A DNA stretch of 64,000 nt from an uncultured delta proteobacterium. Its GTDB lineage: Bacteria; Myxococcota; Myxococcia; Myxococcales; Myxococcaceae. Below, one piece after another: positions 18,934-29,181 of this stretch (positions within the stretch are counted from its first letter, which is position 1; each line of letters begins with the position of its first letter). The DNA is taken from the NCBI GenBank assembly GCA_963731795.1, contig CAVSWU010000003.1:1158216-1222215 (forward strand), in the 5' to 3' direction. The position numbers were made by a program, and so were the translations under genes. Under the pieces are notes generated by a model. The model did no database searches. It saw nothing but the letters and a program-made list of their open reading frames with translations, and had not been told where the DNA came from.

Positions 18934-20956
18934 ACGCGACGATTGGATATGGGCTCGTGCTCGGCGGGCTGGTGTGCGCCGCGTTCGGGGCCGTGATTGG
19001 CTTGACGAGCGGCCTGCGCCAGAGCGAGGCGGGCTCTCAGTGGGTGCGGCGCGCGGTGTGGGGCTTCTTCCTCTGCATGGCGGGCTCCAACCTGACCATG
19101 GTGTACGCGCTGGTCACCCACGACTTCAGCCTCGCGTACGTGGCCCAGGTGGGCAGCCGCGCCACGCCGCTGCTCTTCACAGATCGTGTCCCTGTGGAGC
19201 GCGCTGGAGGGGTCCATCCTCTTCTGGGGCCTCATCATGGGCACCTACCTGCTGGCCTTCTCGCTGGTGCACCGCAACGAGCACCGGCGCTACATGTCGC
19301 TGGCGCTGGGCACCATGCTGGGCGTGGGCGTCTTCTTCGCCTTCCTGATCGCCGGCCCGGCCAACCCCTGGCACGTGCTGGCGCAGGTGCCGCCGGACGG
19401 CCCGGGGCCCAACCCGCTGCTGCAGAACCACATCCTCATGGTCATCCACCCGCCCATGCTCTACCTGGGCTACGTGGGCATGACGGTGCCCTTCGGCATC
19501 GCGGTGGCGGGCCTGCTGCGCGGGGAGCTTGGCGACGCGTGGATGGCGCCGCTGCGGCGCTGGATCGCTCATCCCGTGGACGTTCCTCTCGGTGGGCATC
19601 ATCCTCGGCGCGTGGTGGGCGTACGCGGTGCTGGGCTGGGGCGGCTACTGGGCGTGGGATCCGGTGGAGAACGCCTCGTTCCTGCCGTGGCTGACGGCCA
19701 CCGCCTTCATGCACTCCACCCTGGTGCAGGAGCGCAAGCAGATGCTCAGGCTGTGGACCATGAGCCTGGCGCTGGCCAGCTTCGTGCTGACGATCCTCGG
19801 CACGTTCATGACGCGCTCGGGCATCTTCAACTCGGTGCACTCCTTCACCCAGTCGGACATCGGGCCCACGTTCCTGGTGTTCATCGCCTTCCTGCTGGTG
19901 TTCTCCATCGTGCTGCTGGCCACGCGCGGGCACCTGCTGGTGGCCAAGGGCCAGATCAACTCGTTCATCTCGCGTGAGACGAGCATCCTGGTGAACAACC
20001 TGGTGTTCGTGGCCATCACCTTCACGGTGCTGCTGGGCACGGTGTACCCGCTCGTCTCCGAGGCGGTGCGCGACGTGCGCGTCAGCGTGGGCGAGCCGTA
20101 CTTCAACAAGATGGCCGTGCCGGGCGGCATCGCCGTGCTCTTCCTCATGGGCGTGGGGCCGATGCTGCCGTGGGGCACGCCGAACAAGGACGCGCTGCGG
20201 CGGCAGTTCCTCTTCCCCGCCGCCGTGGGCCTGGTGGTGGCGGCGATCTGCTACGCGGTGGGGCTGCGCGGCTTCTACCCGCTGCTCACCTTCGGGATCG
20301 CCGGCTTCGTCACCATCGTCACCCTGCGCGAGCTGGCGGCGCCGATCCGCGTGCGCATGAGCGAGCGCAAGGAGAGCCTCGGCACGGCGCTCGTCCAGAG
20401 CGTGTCCAAGGCCCGCCGGCGCTTCGGCGGCTACGTGGTGCACCTGGGCATCATCTTCATCATCGTGGCGGTGGCGGCCTCGCACGCGTACGTGAAGCAC
20501 ACCTCCGGCACGATGAAGGTTGGCGAGGCGATCAAGCTGGACGGCTACACGCTCAAGTACCTGGGCCCGGCCGAGGGCAAGGAGCCCCACCGCACCTACG
20601 TGGCGGCGCGCATGGAGGTGACGACGCCTGGCGGCAAGGTGCAGGAGTTCCAGCCGCGGCTGAACTACTACGAGCGCAGCACGGACCCCGTCGGCACGCC
20701 CGCGGTGCGCGAGTCGCCGCAGGAAGATCTCTACATGTCGCTGATGGCCTTCTCCGAGCGGGGGACCACGGCGAGCCTCAACGTGTGGGTTTTCCCGCTG
20801 GTGGGGTGGATCTGGTACAGCATCCCCATCCTGGTGCTGGGCGCGCTGATCTCGCTGTGGCCGACGCGGCGGCGCGTGGCGGTGGGCGCGAGCGCTCCGG
20901 CCACGAGCGGTGCCCCGCCGGTGGCGGACAGTGACATGAACCGGGGTGCGGCATGA
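18930..20956 (+). CDS. ccmF: cytochrome c-type biogenesis protein CcmF; frame disruptions ~19190 and ~19565
   Basis: Three frame segments with CcmF signatures (…SLWSALEGSILFWGLIMG…, …GGYWAWDPVENASFLPWL…), ~670 aa total. Confidence 0.75.
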
Positions 20957-21609
20957 CGGGGGAAAACCTGGGCGCGCTCGCCTTCGTTGCAGTGCTGCTC
21001 CTCTCCCTGCTGACGGGCTTCTGGCGGAATCCGCGCGTGAAGCGGTGGAGAACCATTCTGAGAGTCCCACTGCTCGCGGTTGCCGTCTCCGCGGCGCTGC
21101 TCATCGTGATGCTGAAGGGCTTCGGGCGGGATCCGCACGAGGTGCCCTTCATGTTGGCCGGCAAGCCAGCCCCGCCCTTCACCTTGCGCGCGCTGAACAG
21201 CGGCAAGCCGGTGAGCCTGGAGCAGTTCAAGGGCCGCCCGGTGGTCATCAACTTCTGGGCTTCATGGTGCGGCCCCTGCCGGCAGGAGCACCCGGTGCTC
21301 GACTGGGGCGCGCGGGAGCTCGGCAATCAGGCGGTGTTCCTGGGCATCATCTTCGAGGACACCGAGGACAACGCGCGGGAGGTCCTCCAGGAGGAGGGCG
21401 CCAGCTTCCCGCAGCTGGTGGATCCGCGCTCGCGCATCTCGGTGGACTACGGCGTGTCGGGCGTGCCGGAGACGTACTTCATCGACGCCAACGGCATCAT
21501 CATGGGCAAGCACGTGGGCCCCATCGATCCGCAGACGCTGTCCACCCGCATCAAGGAGCTGAATGCCCGGACGGCCTCCACCGCGACAGGCTCGGCCCAG
21601 AACCCTTGA
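20953..21609 (+). CDS. ccmG: thiol:disulfide interchange protein CcmG/DsbE
   Basis: TM anchor, thioredoxin fold with WASWCGPCRQE active site; ATGA overlap with ccmF. Confidence 0.85.
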   Translation: MTGENLGALAFVAVLLLSLLTGFWRNPRVKRWRTILRVPLLAVAVSAALLIVMLKGFGRDPHEVPFMLAGKPAPPFTLRALNSGKPVSLEQFKGRPVVINFWASWCGPCRQEHPVLDWGARELGNQAVFLGIIFEDTEDNAREVLQEEGASFPQLVDPRSRISVDYGVSGVPETYFIDANGIIMGKHVGPIDPQTLSTRIKELNARTASTATGSAQNP

Positions 21610-21660
21610 GCCGTCAGGATCGCGCTCCCGGAGCTCGCACTGAGCGGAGGTAAGTGAGTC

Positions 21661-22831
21661 ATGCACCAGTGCACTGAGTGTGGCACGGTCGCCGCGGAGC
21701 CCCGCCTGAAGTACTGCGAGGAGTGCGGGGCGCGGATGCCCGAGTACAAGCCGCCTCCCCTGCCCCCCGAGGGCGGCCCGGGTGGAGCGGCGCTCGCGGA
21801 CTCCCGCCGCGCCACGCCCGCCTATACCGGCCCGAAGTGGCTGGCGCATGTCCCCGCGCACTCGCCCACCTCGCTGGGCGTCATCCTGCACGTGCTGGCC
21901 CTGTGGCTCTCCATCCTCCCCTTCCTCGCGGGCGTGGGGCCGTTCTGGTCCTTCGTGATGACGGTGGGCGGGGTGCTCATGATCGCCCGGGAGTACCGCA
22001 CCTCGAACCTGCCGAACCCGCTGGTGGACTGGATCCCCGAGTCGCTCCTGCCGAGCTTCCTGCCCGTCGTGTACTCGGCGCTGGCCGTGGCGATCGTGCT
22101 GCCGATGGTGGAGTTCAGCATCCAGCCGCTGCTGTGGGCGGGCGGCACGGTGCTGGTGGTGCGCGACCAGTGGGGCAAGGCCTTCACGGGCCCGGGTGGC
22201 TACGCGGAGATCTTCGATCCTCGCGCGGTGGTGCGCGGCCAGCGGCTGCTGGCGTTCGCGGGCATCGTCGTGTGCGTGCTGGCGCTCTTCTTCACGTGGA
22301 CGCTCGAGGGTGAGGTCACCGCCAGCGGGTACGCCTCGGCTGCCTCGGGGCAGCTGCGCTCCATCAACGTGCCGCAGCCGGGCGGCGACTCGATCTACGG
22401 CGGCGCGGGGGGGCTCCGGGTGTCAGGGTTCGAGCTGCCCGTGGGCTCCACCGTGGAGATCGGGCTGCTGGCGATCCTGATGCTGCTGATGCTGAAGCCC
22501 GAGGTGGAGCGCCCCGTGTGGCTGCGCTTCGTGCCCGCCGGGATCACGGTGATCTCCCTGGCCTGGGTGCTGGTGAACATGCGCATGAAGGTGGGGCCGA
22601 TCCTGTTCCTGGCGGGGCTCATCCCCGTGGGGCTCGTCTCGGTCCTCCAGGCGCTCGGCCGCGATGAGCATGCCCCCGGAGGACTACGCCCACGAGCCGC
22701 CTCCCGACGAGTCCTTCGCCCAGGACGCCGACCTGCCTCCGGAGGAGGACTTCCCGACCGAGAACGACCCGTTGCCGCCCGACGAGGCAGAGCATCCGCC
22801 TTCCGAGGATGATGAGGACATGCGCGGCTGA
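21661..22831 (+). CDS. zinc-ribbon polytopic membrane protein with acidic C-terminal tail (hypothetical); frameshift ~22665
   Basis: N-term CTECG…CEECG zinc ribbon, 6+ hydrophobic helices; last ~50 aa read in +1 frame give DYAHEPPPDESFAQDADLPPEEDFPTENDPLPPDEAEHPPSEDDEDMRG with much better GC3 than the annotated frame. Confidence 0.6.
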
Positions 22832-22957
22832 GGGCTTCCCCCGCTCCTGGCCCGCCACCCTGGCCAGGCAGGCAGGGGCTGGCTGGGAAGATGGCCCCTC
22901 CCGTAAAGGTTTCGCTGTGCAACACTGCGCCTTGGCGCTAGGTAGGCCTCGCCCGGG

Positions 22958-23479
22958 GTGCCCCGAATGACTTCTGCCCTCCTCTCTCTTGCTCTCGCCG
23001 CCGGTCTCGTGACCGGCCAGTTCGCTCCTCAGCAGGCCGGGAGCGATCCCCTCACCGATCCGGCCCTCGAGGCCCGCGTGCAGAAGCTCGGCAAGGAGCT
23101 GCGCTGCGCCGTGTGCCAGGGCGTCTCCATCGCCGACAGCCCGGCCTCCATGGCCCGTGCCCAGCTCGACAAGGTGCGCGAGCTCGTCGCCGCGGGGAAG
23201 TCCGATGAGGAGATCACCGACTACTTCGTGGCTCGCTACGGCGAGTGGGTGCTGCTGGAGCCCCCGAAGCATGACTGGAACCTGCTCGTGTGGCTGGGGC
23301 CTGTCGCCCTGATCGTGGGCGGAGCCTTCGTCATCTCGCGGCAGATCAAGCGGGGACCTGAGAGCGCCAACACGACTCCGGCCGCCAGCGCCACCCCGGC
23401 GGCCGCCGCACCCTCGGCGCCCGCGACCGAGGCCGAGGATCCCTACCTGAAGGCCGTTCGCCAGGAGCTGGAGCGATGA
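22958..23479 (+). CDS. ccmH: cytochrome c-type biogenesis protein CcmH/CycL
   Basis: Signal peptide, LRCAVCQG (LRCxxC) motif, C-terminal TM. Confidence 0.85.
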   Translation: MPRMTSALLSLALAAGLVTGQFAPQQAGSDPLTDPALEARVQKLGKELRCAVCQGVSIADSPASMARAQLDKVRELVAAGKSDEEITDYFVARYGEWVLLEPPKHDWNLLVWLGPVALIVGGAFVISRQIKRGPESANTTPAASATPAAAAPSAPATEAEDPYLKAVRQELER

Positions 23480-24468
23480 CGCAGCAGACCAACTGGTTGC
23501 CGGGGATCATTGCCCTCGCGATCGCCCTCGTCTGCGGGATCGGCTACCTGCTGCTCCAGCGGCGCACGGGCGCGGCGCCCTCCACCCCCGAGCCCCAGCG
23601 CGATGGCGTCCTGGACGATCTCGATCGGCGCGCGCAGTCACTCATCGAGCAGCTCAAGGAGCTGGTGGCGGACAAGCACAGCCTCTCCCCCGAGCAGTTC
23701 GAGGCGGAGAAGTCCCGGCTGGAGCGCGAGGCCGCGGCGGCGCTGCGGGCCAAGGACGAGTACCTGCAGCAGCGCAAGCCAGGGACGGCCAGCGCGCCGG
23801 GCTCGGCGGCCGCTCCCGTGGGACAGACGGCTCCCGCTCCGACGGGCTTCGCGGCTCGCAACCCGCAGCTGGTGGGCGCGATGTGGGGCGCGGGCGTGAT
23901 GCTGTTCTTCGGCGTCCTCGGCTACCTGCTCATGTCGTCGCTGCAGCCGCGCACCGAGGGCATGGAGGCCTCGGGCAAGGTTCCCCCGAACTCGTCTCCC
24001 ATGGGCCAGCAGCAGATGGGCCAGCAGCAGGAGGCTGTCCAGGAGGACGCGGAGTTCGCCCAGGCCAAGGAGCGGCTGCAAGCCAACCCGAATGATCTCG
24101 AGGCCGCCAGCTTCGTGGCGCATGAGATGATCCGGAACCGGGATCTCGAGGACGCGGAGAAGATCACGAACAAGGCGCTCGCGGTCGACCCGTTCCACAT
24201 CGAGTCTCGCGTGCACCTCGGAGTGCTGCACGCCCTCCGGGGAGATGTGCCGAGCGCCGAGCACGAGCTGCTGGAGCTGGCGGACACCTACCCGGGCGCG
24301 CAGGAGGCGCTGCTCTTCCTGGGCTTCATCAACCTGCAGTCCGGCCGGCGTGACAAGGCGCTGAACCTGTTCGAGCGCTTCACCGTGGAGGTGCCGCGCG
24401 ACCAGTACCCTCCCGGGATCGAAGCCGCCATTGCCCAGCTCCGCCAGGAGATGGGCCGGAAGCCCTGA
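23476..24468 (+). CDS. ccmI: cytochrome c biogenesis factor CcmI/CycH (TPR)
   Basis: N-terminal TM, second TM, C-terminal TPR repeats; ATGA overlap with ccmH. Confidence 0.75.
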   Translation: MTQQTNWLPGIIALAIALVCGIGYLLLQRRTGAAPSTPEPQRDGVLDDLDRRAQSLIEQLKELVADKHSLSPEQFEAEKSRLEREAAAALRAKDEYLQQRKPGTASAPGSAAAPVGQTAPAPTGFAARNPQLVGAMWGAGVMLFFGVLGYLLMSSLQPRTEGMEASGKVPPNSSPMGQQQMGQQQEAVQEDAEFAQAKERLQANPNDLEAASFVAHEMIRNRDLEDAEKITNKALAVDPFHIESRVHLGVLHALRGDVPSAEHELLELADTYPGAQEALLFLGFINLQSGRRDKALNLFERFTVEVPRDQYPPGIEAAIAQLRQEMGRKP

Positions 24469-24483
24469 GCCTCGGCCTCAGCC

Positions 24484-25683
24484 TCACACGGAGGCCCGGC
24501 GCCTCCGTAACCGACGGATGAGCTCGACCGTGGTGTCAGGCAGGACGCGCTTGAGCACCTCGCGTGCGCCGCGCGCCAGCTCTTCGTGGCGAGTGAACCA
24601 GTGTCCCGCCCCCTGGGTGGAGTGGACGCGCACCGCCACCGTGCGCCGCTGCTTCGTCGTCCAGTCGGACTTGTAGGTCTCGGTGCCTCGGAGGAAGTCG
24701 TACTCAGTGAGGCCGGACTCGATGGCGTCCTTGAAGGTCTCGCCCACGAGCACCAGGCCCACGCTCCGGCTGCGCCACTGCGGATCGTAGCCGGACTGGA
24801 AGTAGATGAACGTGTCCCGGTGGAGAATCCCGTACACCGAGGCGACGGCCTGGCCTCCCACCTTCATCGTGTAGAGCCGCAGTCGGCCGCGCTCGGCCAG
24901 GAACTGCGTGGCATCGCGGTGGAAGGCCTCCACGCCCTTGCCCTTGATGCCCTGAGAGCCACCGTCCTCGGCCCAGCGGGCCGCGTGCAGCCGGAAGAAG
25001 TCCGTCATGGGCCCGGCGAGCGCCCCGGGGGCCTCCGTGCGCTCGATCCGATAGCCCTCCTGCTTCTCCAGCCACTTGCGGCGGCGCAGGTAGTTGTCCC
25101 GCCGGCCCGTGCGCTTGAGAAAGGCGTCGAAGGACTCTCCGGGCGAGAAGGTCTCGTACGGGCACACGCAGCGCTCCGTCACGCGGAACTCCATGTCCGG
25201 GAACATCTCGCGCAGCACCTCCACGGTGAGCGAGTCCTCGCGCAGATCCGTGAGCTCCAGCACGTCCCAGCCGCCGTGCATCTCGCGGAGCCCGTTCGCG
25301 AAGGCGCGCGTCACCGCCTCCTCCGAGCCCCGCCGCGCCACCACGTCCAGGTAGTCGCTGCCGACGTGCGTCTCTCCCAGGAAGGAGAGCCGTCCCACCT
25401 GGCAGCCCAAAACGTTGCGCAGCTCGAAGCCGAGCGGCATCAGGCCCACCAGGGTGCCGCTCCTATCTCTCGCCGTGAGGACCAGCGGCCGCCGGTCCGG
25501 AGCGATGCGGCGGCACCAAGGGTAGAGCCACTCCCAGGCGTTGAAGGGGCCGGCGTTGCTCGCGTCGAGCAGCGCGTCCCACTCGGAGCGCATGCGCGCC
25601 AGCGCGGAGAGCTCGTGGACGATCTCTACCTGGAGCCACTGCGAAGGCAGCGGCTCGGGCGTCACATCGGATTCACGGATCAT
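24484..25683 (-). CDS. GNAT-fold acyltransferase, CelD/BioF2/FemAB-like (ExoI-like)
   Basis: 399 aa; Acetyltransf_6-type C-terminal region; paralogous to 26877..27997. Confidence 0.7.
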   Translation of the reverse strand: MIRESDVTPEPLPSQWLQVEIVHELSALARMRSEWDALLDASNAGPFNAWEWLYPWCRRIAPDRRPLVLTARDRSGTLVGLMPLGFELRNVLGCQVGRLSFLGETHVGSDYLDVVARRGSEEAVTRAFANGLREMHGGWDVLELTDLREDSLTVEVLREMFPDMEFRVTERCVCPYETFSPGESFDAFLKRTGRRDNYLRRRKWLEKQEGYRIERTEAPGALAGPMTDFFRLHAARWAEDGGSQGIKGKGVEAFHRDATQFLAERGRLRLYTMKVGGQAVASVYGILHRDTFIYFQSGYDPQWRSRSVGLVLVGETFKDAIESGLTEYDFLRGTETYKSDWTTKQRRTVAVRVHSTQGAGHWFTRHEELARGAREVLKRVLPDTTVELIRRLRRRRASV

Positions 25684-25710
25684 GATCTACCGACTTTCAG
25701 AGAGAAGGAA

Positions 25711-26889
25711 TCAGCTCGCGCGCTTGCGTGAGCGGCGATCCATCTTCACGGCCTCGCGGACCGCGGCGGCCACCTTCGCCATCACCTCGGGGCTGAGATC
25801 CTGGTGGCAGGGGATCTCCACGATGGAGCGCCGCAGCTCCGCCACCTCGGGGAACTCCGCCGGATCGCATGCCGGGTGGAAGCGCCTCCAGAAGTCGATG
25901 GCGTCGATGCCGTGCTCGTGCAGCTTCGCCATCACCTCCGCCTTGTCCTGCACCACCAGCGGATAGAAGAGCGGGCACACGCCCGGCGGGAGCTGGTTGA
26001 ACAGCGGCGTTGACACATCGCGCAGCCGCCCAAGCAGGAAGAAGTAGTTCCGCCGCCGCTTCTCGACGATGCCCTCCAGATCCTGCGCCAGGGCGATGCG
26101 CTTCGTCAGCGGGCTCATGCCCAGGTCCACGTGCTCCCGGTTGAAGTGCTGCGTGCCGGTGGCCACGCGCTCGATGTTGGCGGCCTTCACCGTGCCATGG
26201 CCCAGCTCGCGGATGAGGCGGCGCAGCCCTCGGCCCATGACTCCGCCTCGGAGCTCCAGGTTCTGCAGCAGCGCGGAGATCGTGTGGCTGATCGTGGAGG
26301 CCTTCGGCGGCGCGGGCGGCTCCGGCAGGCTGTACTGCCGGGGGCCGTTGATGGCCAGCGCGCCCCCGTTGGGCACCGGCAGCGTCTTGTAGAGACAGAA
26401 GATGCCCACGTCACCCGTGGTCCCCAGCGGCACCGTACCGTCCGCGGACAGCAGCGACAGCGCGCAGTCCTCGATGAGCGGCAGCCCGTGGCGGTCCGCG
26501 ATCTGGCGCATCTCCGCCGCCGGGCCCGGGAAGCCCGCGTAGTGGATGAGGTAGAGGGCCTTGGTCTTCGGGCCGATCTTCTTCTCGACGTCCTCCAGGT
26601 CGACGTCCCAGCGCGAGCCCACCCGGTAGAAGCGCGGCGTGGCGCCCGCATCCACCACGGCCTCCACCTCCACGCCGTGGTGATAGGCCGGCATGAGCAC
26701 CTCGCCCTTGTCCAGCCCCAGCATCTTCACCGTGAGCCAGACGGCATTCCGAGCGAAGTAGAAGTAGCGCACGTTCGGCGCGCAGAACGGCGGGAAGGCG
26801 GCCGGCTGGGGCCGACGCCACAGCATGCTCGGCCAGAGCGTGGGCAGGGAGGGAACGAACAGCTTCTGGGTCGGGCTCACTTCTTCCAT
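25711..26889 (-). CDS. DegT/DnrJ/EryC1/StrS-family PLP-dependent sugar aminotransferase (ExoH-like)
   Basis: 392 aa from MEEVSPTQ…; …ALYLIHYAGFPGPAAEMRQIADRHGLPLIEDCA…IFCLYKTLP…; start overlaps upstream stop by 13 nt. Confidence 0.75.
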   Translation of the reverse strand: MEEVSPTQKLFVPSLPTLWPSMLWRRPQPAAFPPFCAPNVRYFYFARNAVWLTVKMLGLDKGEVLMPAYHHGVEVEAVVDAGATPRFYRVGSRWDVDLEDVEKKIGPKTKALYLIHYAGFPGPAAEMRQIADRHGLPLIEDCALSLLSADGTVPLGTTGDVGIFCLYKTLPVPNGGALAINGPRQYSLPEPPAPPKASTISHTISALLQNLELRGGVMGRGLRRLIRELGHGTVKAANIERVATGTQHFNREHVDLGMSPLTKRIALAQDLEGIVEKRRRNYFFLLGRLRDVSTPLFNQLPPGVCPLFYPLVVQDKAEVMAKLHEHGIDAIDFWRRFHPACDPAEFPEVAELRRSIVEIPCHQDLSPEVMAKVAAAVREAVKMDRRSRKRAS

Positions 26890-27997
26890 CGCGCCACCAC
26901 CTGTCTTGCCGTGGGGACCCACCGGAACTTCGCCGCGCCCAGCGCGCGCGCGAAGGCGGAGTCGTTGAAGAGGAAGAGCCAGTGGTGGCGCCGGACCTTG
27001 TCCGTCCAGTCGCGCTTCCACACCATGTCCGGCCCCAGGAAGTCGAACTCGCGCAGGCCGCGCGAGATGCAGTCCCCCAGCACCTCTTCCATCAGGAGCT
27101 GGCCCGGGCTGCACTCCTTGAGGCTCTCGTCGTAGCCGGGCTTGAGCAGGAAGTAGCGCTCGCCGTAGGTGAGGCCGTACTGGAAGGCCACCGGCGCGCC
27201 CATCCAGGCGCAGGTAGTAGAGCGACAGCCGCCCCGAGTACGCCGCCTCCCGCGCCAGCTCCGTGTAGAAGCCGCGCGTGCTCGCGTCCTGCGCCATCGC
27301 CGTGCCGCGCTCGCCCTTCCAGCCGCTCTGCTCGAGCGCGAAGCCCTCCTCCAGCTTGCCCTCCAGGTCCAGGCCGCCGTCCACCCGCTCGAACTCGACC
27401 TTGCCCTTCTCTTCCAGCTTCTTGCGCCGCCGCCGGCAGTTGGCCTTGAACTTGGACTGCAGCGTGGCCTGGTAGGCCTCGAGCGTGGCGGGCAGCGGCA
27501 CGTAGGGCGACTGGAGCGAGTCCCAGACTCCCGTGGACAGCCCCGCGCTCCTGGCCTCCTCGAGCAGGCTCCAGCCCGCGCCGCCCTCCGGCACGTCCGT
27601 CAGCCGCAGCACATCCCAGTCCCGGCTCATGCGCAGCCAGGCGAGGAACATCGCCGCGGCCGCCTCCGGCTCGCGGGCGATCAGATCGAACCGGCACGAG
27701 TGCGGATTGGCCGTGGCCGAGAGCTGCCGCACGGGGAGGCCGTACATCGTCGTGCGATCGGCCATCAGCGGCAGCGCCGCCGCCAAGCCGCCCCTCGGCG
27801 TCCCGCAGGGTGAGCACCCGCAGCCGCGCCGAGGGCGCGAAGTTGTCGATCCAGATGCGCAGGAACTCGTGGCGATAGAAGAGCTCGTTGGAGGTGGCCT
27901 CCACGAGCGCATTCCACTCGGGCTCGAGCGCCATGAACGCGGCCCGGTCCGTGACCTCCTGGACACTCGGCGCGGGCGTGATCTTTCTGGCTTCCAT
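26877..27997 (-). CDS. GNAT-fold CelD/FemAB-like acyltransferase (ExoG-like); two frame disruptions (~27760, ~27200)
   Basis: N-term MEARKITPAPSVQEVTDRAAFMALEPEWNALV… (ORF 27092..28048), middle in ORF 25711..28026 frame, C-term …FDFLGPDMVWKRDWTDK… in ORF 26877..27203. Confidence 0.65.
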
Positions 27998-28001
27998 GTG
28001 T

Positions 28002-29147
28002 TCAGGACTCCCGAAGGCGCGGACACCTCGGGTGCCGCGCGCGTGCAAGGTGGGAACGGCCGGGGCTGGCTACAAGCCAGCTGCGAGCCATCTTCAGCAG
28101 GCAGCGAGCAACCTTCCGGCTGTCGTGTCGGATCTTGGACCCCTCCCTGAGGAGATCCGCCTCCACGGGGACGACGCCAGCGGCGATCAGCTCGCGGCGG
28201 TTCACCGGGATGACAGAGGCGCCCTTGTGCGAATAACGCTGGATGGCCTCCGGCGGAGGAGGCTTTCCGTTGATGAGCACCGCATCCAGCACCGGGCCCG
28301 CGTGCTCGATGACTGCTCGGACGTGGTCCAGGCAGTCCATGCCGTCCGTCTCCCCAGGCTGGGTCATGAGGTTGGACACCATCACCTTGAGCACCCGCGT
28401 CTCGTTCAGCGCCTGGGCCACGCCATCCACCAGCAGGTTGGGGATGACGCTCGAGTACAGCGAGCCCGGCCCGATGACGATGAGGTCCGCGGTGTGGATG
28501 GCCTCCAGCACCCCCTCGGAGGGCGGCGGAGAGCGCGGGCTCAGCGACACCCGGCGCACGTGGCCCTGGGCGCGGACGATGTTGCGCTCGCCCACCACCT
28601 CGGTGGCGTCATCCATCTTCGCCACGAGCTGCACCGGGGCCAGCGTGCACGGCAGCACCCGCCCCCGCGCCCCCAGCATCTCCTCGGAGACGCGCACCGC
28701 CTCCAGGAAGTCCCCCTTGAGCTCCGCCAGCGCGGCGATCAGCAGGTTGCCCACCGCATGCCCGGCCAGCCCCTTGGCACCGCCGAAGCGGTACTGGAAC
28801 ACCTGCGCGAGCGTGCTGTGGCCGCCCGCGAGCGCCACCAGGCAGTTGCGGATGTCCCCCGGTGGCAGCACCCCGTGCGAGCGGCGCAGCCGGCCCGAGC
28901 TGCCTCCGTCATCGCTCATGGTGACAACGGCGGTGATGTCCACGCCGGGATCCCCCGCCTTGGGTTCAGCCCGCCGAGCCAGTCCTCGGAGCACCACCGG
29001 CAGCCCTGTGCCACCGCCCATCGCGACGATGCGAGTAGGGCGATCCACGTGCGGCTTCAGCAGCTCGTTCCGCCCCTGCTGCCGGGCGGTCTTCGCATCC
29101 TTGCCCCGCGTCTCCTGGAGAGACGAATCCAGATCCACGACCGACAT
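28002..29147 (-). CDS. YvcK/CofD-family gluconeogenesis-factor-like protein (ExoF-like)
   Basis: …RIVAMGGGTGLPVVLRGL…ITAVVTMSDDGGSSGRLRR…DIRNCLVALAG… UPF0052 signature. Confidence 0.8.
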   Translation of the reverse strand: MSVVDLDSSLQETRGKDAKTARQQGRNELLKPHVDRPTRIVAMGGGTGLPVVLRGLARRAEPKAGDPGVDITAVVTMSDDGGSSGRLRRSHGVLPPGDIRNCLVALAGGHSTLAQVFQYRFGGAKGLAGHAVGNLLIAALAELKGDFLEAVRVSEEMLGARGRVLPCTLAPVQLVAKMDDATEVVGERNIVRAQGHVRRVSLSPRSPPPSEGVLEAIHTADLIVIGPGSLYSSVIPNLLVDGVAQALNETRVLKVMVSNLMTQPGETDGMDCLDHVRAVIEHAGPVLDAVLINGKPPPPEAIQRYSHKGASVIPVNRRELIAAGVVPVEADLLREGSKIRHDSRKVARCLLKMARSWLVASPGRSHLARARHPRCPRLRES

Positions 29148-29181
29148 TGCCCAACCCCTTCCCGCCCACTCGCTGTGCCCG

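Noticed and set aside
18446-20956. Apparent CcmE-CcmF fusion (no stop between them in the 18747..19694 frame)
   Set aside because: A GTGA start/stop overlap motif sits exactly at the expected junction (18930-18933) in the +1 frame, so a second small indel in the 3' end of ccmE is a simpler explanation than a natural fusion.
19442-21070. 542-aa minus-strand ORF
   Set aside because: Antisense to ccmF/ccmG.
22831-22958. Palindromic CCTGGCCAGG elements between the Zn-ribbon gene and ccmH
   Set aside because: Short (6-10 bp) GC palindromes are expected by chance at this GC content; no flanking U-tract or clear operator-like spacing.
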